This document shows, piece by piece, positions 57,343 through 64,000 of a stretch of DNA of 64,000 nucleotides. A program made the translations under genes and the position numbers. This stretch comes from Diplonema japonicum (taxonomy: Eukaryota > Protista > Euglenozoa: Diplonemea), in NCBI GenBank assembly GCA_964019335.1, contig OZ025655.1, positions 186,001-250,000 on the forward strand, in the 5' to 3' direction. Position 1 is the stretch's first letter, and each line of letters starts with the position of its first letter. The notes beneath the pieces are model-generated. The model saw only the letters and a program-made list of their open reading frames with translations. It was not told the origin of the DNA and made no database searches.

Positions 57343-58932
57343 TTATTTCGCACGTTCAATATTAACACAGTGCCAAGAGTTGTTAAGCAGCCCACGAAGG
57401 TTCCAGATGCCCTTTGGGGACTCCGGCTGGGTGTCGTTAGCGGAGTTCACTGCCTTGGCGCAGACTTCGAATTTATCCTTTGCAGCAGGGACTGGGACCT
57501 CAGCCTGCCAGAGGGTCCATGCCCACTGTCTGGGGAGGGGGTTGTCTCCGTCCTTCGAGTACTTGTCAGTGGTGTTTCCCTGCTGTGTCTGAGACAGCTC
57601 TGCCTGTGTCCAGGACATGCCCCCGTCAGCAGTAATGTCGACCCTCTGGACGCCACGTCCCCCGCCACCCCAGGCGTAGCCAGAGGCGCTCACGGTGCCT
57701 CCTTCTACCTTCACCTTCTCGTCGTCCTCTGGCTTCAATATCGCAGACTGCACAGGCATCTCCCGCACGGGTGGCGCTTCTTTCGCCGCAACGGCCGCTG
57801 AAAACCTATCCAAAAACGACGGGCCGATGTTCTTGTAGTCCTTCTGCTGCCAGATGGACTGCGACTCATCGGAGCTGAGTGTGATGGACTTGACCCACTT
57901 CACCGACCTAGCACCGACAAGGCCCGGCACCACCACCCGCAGGGGGAACCCGTGGTCCCTCGGCAGCGTCTGACCGTTCATCTCCCACGCCAGTAGCACG
58001 TCAGCCTGGCCGTCCATCGCACGCTCGAAGGAGATGGACGCCCCGTAGTTCCCGTCGACACCGCCGTCAGCACCTTCGAAGACAACGTGTTTGATGCCCT
58101 TCTTCTGCGCCAGGTCGGAGGACGCCCCTACGTGCTTCAGGACGTCGCTCAGCTTGACACCAGTCCACGTCGCTGTCGAGATGGCAGTCGAGTCCCACAT
58201 GAGACCGTCGACAGAGCGCATGCCCGACATCCCCTTCCGCCTGTTGCCTGCACACTGGATGGTGGCAGGAATGGTGGTGTGCTCGAAGTTCTTTTTGAGG
58301 TAGTCGACAGTGACGTCCTTGTTGGTGATGCCGCCTATGATGCCGAGCTTGAACTCCTCGTTGAGGGATGGCACGGGGAGGTGGTTGCGGACGTAGAAGG
58401 TGTCGTTGGGGGTGTAGTACGAGTCGGCGAGGAGGTACTTTGGGGGCTCCGCGTTGAAGGGGCGCATGGAGAGAACCTCAAGCGCAGGGTGCCTGGGGGG
58501 CTCGTTCGCGTACGGGTCGGTGGCCGCCTCCTTCAGCTGCTGGACACGGTCCTCTGGGCAGACGTTCCCAACACGCATGGACTCAAGGAGGTCCATAGTG
58601 ATGTTCGACTCCCGGTGCACCTGGTAGATCTGCCAGAAGGGCTCAATCGAGGATCCTGCAGCCAGCAAGATCTTCTCCCCACCAGGGTGCGCCTCCACAA
58701 AGTCCGTTATGTCGTAGACCCCATCCTTGAAGGTCACCCATATGCTGCTCCCCCCGTTGTGCTTTCTCACTTCTTGCATCTGGTAATCCTTGAGACCTTT
58801 CTTCCTTGCCCCCGCCTCTTTGGGTGCTACATAGACGTCTGTAGGTGGCTTGTATGTCGTCTTGGCGTGCGCTTGCAGTGCATAGCAGCTGCCGCCAAAA
58901 CCTGCCATTACCCCACCGACTAGCCTTAACAT
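57343..58932 (-). CDS. SUOX: Sulfite oxidase (cytochrome b5 + Moco + dimerisation domains; ~529 aa)
   Basis: b5 VYDITDFVEAHPGG; PFNAEPP, FYVRNHLPVP, QCAGNRR (Mo-ligand Cys), DHGFPLRVVVPG..GARSVKW, IWNLRGLLNNSWH. Confidence 0.96.
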   Translation of the reverse strand: MLRLVGGVMAGFGGSCYALQAHAKTTYKPPTDVYVAPKEAGARKKGLKDYQMQEVRKHNGGSSIWVTFKDGVYDITDFVEAHPGGEKILLAAGSSIEPFWQIYQVHRESNITMDLLESMRVGNVCPEDRVQQLKEAATDPYANEPPRHPALEVLSMRPFNAEPPKYLLADSYYTPNDTFYVRNHLPVPSLNEEFKLGIIGGITNKDVTVDYLKKNFEHTTIPATIQCAGNRRKGMSGMRSVDGLMWDSTAISTATWTGVKLSDVLKHVGASSDLAQKKGIKHVVFEGADGGVDGNYGASISFERAMDGQADVLLAWEMNGQTLPRDHGFPLRVVVPGLVGARSVKWVKSITLSSDESQSIWQQKDYKNIGPSFLDRFSAAVAAKEAPPVREMPVQSAILKPEDDEKVKVEGGTVSASGYAWGGGGRGVQRVDITADGGMSWTQAELSQTQQGNTTDKYSKDGDNPLPRQWAWTLWQAEVPVPAAKDKFEVCAKAVNSANDTQPESPKGIWNLRGLLNNSWHCVNIERAK

Positions 58933-59079
58933 TTTTTCTTTTTTTTGTTTTCCTTCCCTTTCCTTTTTTTTTTCCTTTTTCGTTTGAAAAAAAAAACTGG
59001 GGGAGGAGCACTTCTGTACCTTTCTCACTAAAGTCCTGCCCACAAAAAAAAAGGGGGAACAATTTACAAATACAACACC

Positions 59080-59526
59080 CTACACCCGATACCACATAAC
59101 CTTCGTCACGTGGTCATACAGCAACGCTGCTTCCGTACCAGATGGGTTGAACTGCACTGACCACCTACACCCCTCCGACGTGACGTAGGTAGAAGGGGCG
59201 GCCCATGAGAGAGCAGTCACTGAATACCACAGGTTGGTACCATTTTCAGAAACCTCCATCTGACCTTTTGGGGTCACCCTTAAAAGGGCGTTTTGAGTGT
59301 GGTACAAGGAGCCATGGCGTGCTTGGGGGTGTTCCCACTCTCTTGGAGACATGACGTAAGACCTTCGTCTGTATAGGCCGACTAAGGGGCTGATGCCCAC
59401 TTCAGCTTTTTCAGTCTTTTTCTCTTCAGGGGACACCCATCGTTGGCTGTCAGACAATCTTACCCTGCTCCTTTGTAGCAGCTCAGTATTCCTGGTGTGA
59501 ACGAGGTCTTCCCATAGCTTACTCAT
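59080..59526 (-). CDS. Hypothetical protein (148 aa)
   Basis: Coding-like ORF, co-oriented, stop ~150 bp upstream of the sulfite oxidase start; no family recognised. Confidence 0.55.
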   Translation of the reverse strand: MSKLWEDLVHTRNTELLQRSRVRLSDSQRWVSPEEKKTEKAEVGISPLVGLYRRRSYVMSPREWEHPQARHGSLYHTQNALLRVTPKGQMEVSENGTNLWYSVTALSWAAPSTYVTSEGCRWSVQFNPSGTEAALLYDHVTKVMWYRV

Positions 59527-59949
59527 AGACTGGCGTAAGTTTCTTTTGTTTCTTTTTTTTCTTTTTGCTTACAAAAGTGGGGGGTATGTTAAGGCAAAAA
59601 AAAAGAAAAGCTTACTTAACAACAATTGTCAAATAACTGTACAGACAAGATCCATGGTCTATTCTGGAGAGGTCTAAGCCCTTGACCTTCTACCTCTTCG
59701 CATGAGGTTGTGTTTGTGCTAAGTGCTCAGAAAACCTTCTGAATAAGAGTTATCACTGTCCAGGAATCAATCCTGGGCATCCTGGATGAGTAGGTCCTTG
59801 TGTGCCTCAGAGGGGAGTGGGGAGTCGAGCTAAACAATAACGAGTGCCAAGTTGTTTTATTTCACTTTGAGTCACTCACTCTTTACTGCTGTTTTCCCTC
59901 ACACGGGCCCAGCTTTTTTGGGAATTCCATTTCGCCGTGGCGTTCAAGG

Positions 59950-60160
59950 GCACTTTTTAAGGGCCGGAATGACACGAGCTCTGTGTGGTTCAACGGGAAG
60001 GTGTATGCCACGATGTCCTCGAACAGCATCATTGTGATCGACGTGTCAGACCCCGAGCACCCTACCGAGAAGCGCAGCTTCCCCCACTTTGACATCGGGA
60101 GCTTCACCGTGTTCCAAGGGATCTACTGGAAGGGCCACATCTACGGGGTGACGGACAGAA
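59950..60160 (+). pseudogene. Antisense gene fragment resembling an LVIVD beta-propeller repeat
   Basis: WFNGKVYATMSSNSIIVIDVSDPEHP..GIYWKGHIYGV with strong GC3 codon bias; flanks degrade into non-coding sequence. Confidence 0.5.
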
Positions 60161-60975
60161 ATAGTCAAAATACCCCATCCCCCAAAAAAAAACCCTTCAA
60201 GGAGTTGGGTACATTCTTTCCAACGACGAGACCCATTTTTTTCACTCTGAAGCGCAGCGTTAAATAATGGCCCCTAGTGTTAAGGAAAATGCAAAAAGGG
60301 TAAAATTTTTAAAAAAAGAAAAAAAACTGATATAGGAAAGGGAAAAAAAGGGGGGGATGATGGTAACCAAAAGCAAAAAAGAAGGAAAGATAAAGGGGGG
60401 GATTTAAAAAAACAAAAACAAAGGAAAAAAAAAAGAAAAAAAAGAAAAAGGGGGGGAAAAAAAAGCCCAATTTCGATGGTAACTTTTTGTAGCTTTTTTT
60501 CGAAACTAAAAGTTTGGAATAATCTGTTGATTTCTAGTCCAAACGTTGCAATATTCTTCAAAGTGGCTAATGGCTAAACCAACTTAAAGTTACCCTGCTC
60601 AGTCCTATTCTCATGCTTTCTTTCTTTTCTTTTGAAAAAGAACCCCCCCCCCCCCCCCTCCGGGTGACATCCTTTTGTTTCTTAAAATTCTTTTTATAAA
60701 CAATAGAAAAGGAGGAGAAAAAAAGACGAAAAGGGAGGGAAAAAAGGGGGAAAAAAAGAAAAGAAAAAAAAAGGGGTAAGAGAAAAAAAAATGATCCAAA
60801 AAAAAATAGAATTAGGAGGGAGAGAGGGGAATTGAAACGTGGTTTTCTTTTCTTAAAAAAAAAAAAAAAAAAAAAAAAAACAAAAAAAAAGCACCAACAC
60901 AGGAAAAAAAAATCTTTTTGTAATTACACTCTTCCCCGCTTATATTTAAAAAAAAAATCTTTTTTTTTTTTCAAT

Positions 60976-63900
60976 TTATTTTCTTTTCATTTCTACCAGC
61001 AGTCTCTTGGTGTCTTCGCTCAAGCGGCAATCGTCTTCGTCCTCTCTCATCAACTGTTTTTTTTTTAAAAATATTTCTTTTTCTTTTTTTTTTCCTCCCA
61101 CCCAATGCATACGCCATCTGCGAGCGCCTCGATTTGAGGGAGGTTTTCACCGTTAAGGCCCACCACGAGAGGGTTGTTGTCCCTCACCATGTTAAAGATA
61201 GTCTCGTGCACGAACTTAGCCTCCACAAGGTCACCCCCCACAGGTAGGATTTGGCAAATAGCAGGGATGATCTCAGCTGTGTTTTTTATGATTTTCTTTT
61301 TTATAAACTTCGCGCATACCCTCATTAACACCACCCATGTTAGGGAAAAGCTTCACAATTGTAAGAAGCGCCTTCACAGCGTTGCAGACAGCAGCTGCCC
61401 AGTCCTCGTCGGCAGCCTTCCCACACACCTGTTTCAAGAGAATCAGAGAGCGCGAGAGGAACACCTTTAAATTTACGTTTTTAGTGTAGCAGTTTCTTTG
61501 TATACCTCAATGGTCAACTTGCCCATGGCAAAGGGGCTGTTAGGCAGTGGTGAGATGTGCTGCACAAAGTGCGCTGCAATGGTCAGCCCGTAGGACGCCG
61601 CCTGTGCAATCTCCTCGTCCATCATGCCGCACTTCCAGATGGCCTCCAGGATATCCACAAAGTACGGCATAGCAGACTCCTTCCCGTGCTCCATGAAGTC
61701 ATCCAGAATGCACAGGGCAAGCTTCACGCCCACTTCGCCGAATTTGTTGCGGTCAAGCATCTGTGCAGTGGTGTGGTGTGAACACTGTGACGTCAACATA
61801 CCTGTGTCACCTGAGGCAAGAAGTGCTGGACGAAGTGCGGGATGAACGCACTGTGCGTCTTGATCAGCGCACCTACGCTCTCGCTGGACTGGATCAGGAA
61901 TTCCTCCTCGCTCGAGGACTGCTCTTCCAGCTTCTTCTTCTCATCATCATCATCCTCTTCATTCGTGTCCTCTGGAATATGGTGTTGTTGTAATAGTTGT
62001 TGTTTGTAGTGTTGTGCATACTCTGTAGCGACGCACGGTTCTTAAGCGACTCGGTGAACACCTCAAGGACCACCTTCGGGATGGTTGCGAGCAGCTCATC
62101 AGGCAGGCACGGCTTGCCGTACGTGTTAAGAGACTCGTGGAAGTTCTCCATGAGAACAGCAGCAACTTCAACCTCTTGCTCGGTCTGCATGGCCTCCACC
62201 ATCTGGGGGATCATGACCCTCATCATCTCGACCACGTGAGATTCAGGGATGTTGCCCTTCTCGACATTTGTCTTCAGGCACTTGATGATCAAGGGGCACA
62301 GGTTGGCGGAGGTTTCCCTGATGCCGCTCGAGTACAAGTTCTGCAAGAGCGGGGACACGGCGCTCTGCCAGATGGGCTCCACGTACTTGTACATCTTGTC
62401 GTTGAAGGTCTCGAAGTAGCTCTCGAGCATCTCGCACGCCAGCTGTTTCTCCTCCAGTATCGAGGTCTTGATACCGATTTTCTTCTCGCCCGCGCCCTTG
62501 ATGGCCAACCTGATGCACTGCGTGTTCTTGTCCACTTCCTCGTCATCCTCCAGCAGCTGGACGTCATCGTTGTTCTTGCACTGCGTGAGGAGCTTCTCCA
62601 CCAGCACATCCAAGTAGGGGTAGAAGTGCTCCTGCGTGCAAGTCGCCATCCTCACCCACGACTGCATGAGGTAGGAACCCCTGGTGTCGTCGTCGCTCAG
62701 GTTCATCGTAATGTTCATCATGTAGTCCAGGATGGCCTTGCAGTCGCCACTGTTGATGAACTTCTCGGGACCGCAGGCGACAGCCACGAACGATGCGCAC
62801 TCGACAGCCTTGCCCTTGATGGTGTTGTTGGCGGTACACTCAGGCAGGTGGAACACCGCCTTCAGAATGGGCATGAAGGTGTCGTAATACGGGGCGAACT
62901 TGTCACCGATGTTCTCCGCCAGAGCTGCAATAGAGGAAAGCGCGATCTCCTTCACGAACATGGGCTCCTGGGCGTTTTCGAGCATCGCATACAGTGCCTC
63001 GAGTAGGCCCTTCACCATGCTCTGGTACGTCTCCGGGATGGCATCCTCGCAGAAGTTCACAATGATGGAAGCAGCCACGTGCCTTATCCTCGGGATGGGG
63101 TCTTTCAGGAGACCAGCAACAGCCTGCAGCACCCTTTCGGAGAAGTTGGCCTGGAAGCCGGGCCCAAAATCGGTGCAGAACTGCGCGATAGCCCTGCCCG
63201 AGGTGTATCTGACCTTCGGGTGCACGTCGGTGAAGTGGGATAGGACGAGGTTGGTGAGGTCAAAGAGCTTCGCCTCGAACCTTTCTCTGCAGCCCTCCGC
63301 AATGTGAGAGATACCCTTGATGGCGGCGAACCTGCACCTCCAATCGGCCTTCTTGTCGGCATCAGTGACGAGGCTCAGCAGCAGGTTTCCTGTGTGCTTC
63401 TCCATGTAGGACCCACCAAGAGCAATGGCCAGCCTGTCGAGACCTTCAGCGCCCATGTCGGCGTTTGTGTACTCATCGTCTTGGTCCCCTTCGGTGGTTT
63501 TGGCCCACTCGTCGGGGTCTTCGAAGGACTCAGTGAGTAGCCAAGATACAAGGAGCTTGACGAAGTTAGGGATGAACTGCTGCTTCTTAGCAGCTTTGCT
63601 GTCGGCTTCCGCGAAGGAGATCATGAACTCAACAGCGAACTGTTGGAGCTTCGAGTCAAGGTCGGGTTTGCTGGCAACGGCGGTCATGGCATGCAGGATG
63701 CTGGGGAGGTGGCCGCATTGCACGATGAACTCGACGTCAGTTTCAACGAGTTCGATGAGCGACTCGAGGATCTCGGAGGCGCTGTCCTCGTCCACGAGGG
63801 ATGCTTCGGTGGCTGAGAGGATGAGGGGCACAAGGCTGCGGTAGTTGGTTGTGTCTTCGAGAGAGAGGATGAAAGCGATGGCTGCCTTCACAGCGGCAAC

Positions 63901-64000
63901 CTTCACCACGAGGGAGTCCTTGCTAAGGCTCTTCTGGATGACAAGGCCGACACCGTTGGCGTGCTCTTCAAGGGAGGAGGACATGGAAGAGAAGATCGTG
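60976..64000 (-). CDS. IPO5: Importin-5 / karyopherin beta-3 (Pse1/Kap121-like), 5'-partial
   Basis: HEAT repeats; LDRLAIALGG, WRCRFAA..IAEGC, DVHPKVRY, TDFGP, IGIKTSILEEK. Introns 61972-62021, 61761-61801, 61465-61505, 61277-61319 and 61054-61112 extend the frame to TAA at 60976; ORF is open at the window edge. Confidence 0.93.

Noticed and set aside
4890-60978. Possible stop-codon reassignment
   Set aside because: TAA, TAG and TGA all terminate recognisable proteins at their expected ends
33235-61801. 4-5 nt direct repeats at some intron boundaries (ACAG, CCAG, AAAG), suggesting introner target duplications
   Set aside because: Expected from the AG|GT...AG consensus; absent at many introns; introns share no body sequence or TIRs
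8754-62021. Near-absence of stop-free 3n introns, suggesting NMD selection
   Set aside because: Ascertainment bias: I can only detect introns that break an ORF
62137-63006. Long plus-strand ORFs antisense to genes (also 58087-58923, 45521-46354, 11799-12680)
   Set aside because: Shadows of GC3-biased coding on the minus strand; no motifs
1-64000. tRNA, rRNA, SL RNA, snoRNA or CRISPR arrays
   Set aside because: No cloverleaf/T-loop, SL exon, convincing C/D box pair or regularly spaced repeat was found by eye; tRNAscan-SE and Infernal would be needed to exclude them

Overview
Eukaryotic nuclear DNA, most likely from a euglenozoan (diplonemid-like; this is inference). All ~19 intact genes lie on the minus strand, forming one directional cluster. 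Several are only 70-200 bp apart and are preceded by poly-pyrimidine+AG (SL trans-splice-like) acceptors. Longer spacers are extremely homopolymer-rich. Six genes are split by 22 very short GT-AG cis-introns (29-59 nt, almost all GTAT(G) donors, A/C-rich, no pyrimidine tract), which I reconstructed by hand and which restore the reading frames. Genes: STE11-like kinase, receptor adenylate cyclase, ~1850-aa Cys-rich surface protein, histidine phosphatase, an 1825-aa SF2-helicase/AlkA-type DNA glycosylase fusion, two tandem IQ-tailed kinases sharing a 503-bp identical block, CCDC81-like, a four-domain Cav channel, a ~1910-aa triple-vWA membrane protein with a Tudor-like tail, a small eIF4E-motif/PAM2w protein, a ubiquitin-like protein, B9D1, sulfite oxidase and importin-5 (partial). 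There is also a decayed piggyBac with intact TIRs and TTAA target duplications, plus faint Tc1-like, integrase and LVIVD remnants. Best candidates for novelty are the helicase-glycosylase fusion, the mini-intron architecture, the triple-vWA receptor and the 4E/PAM2w adaptor. No database searches were possible; family calls rest on motif recognition.
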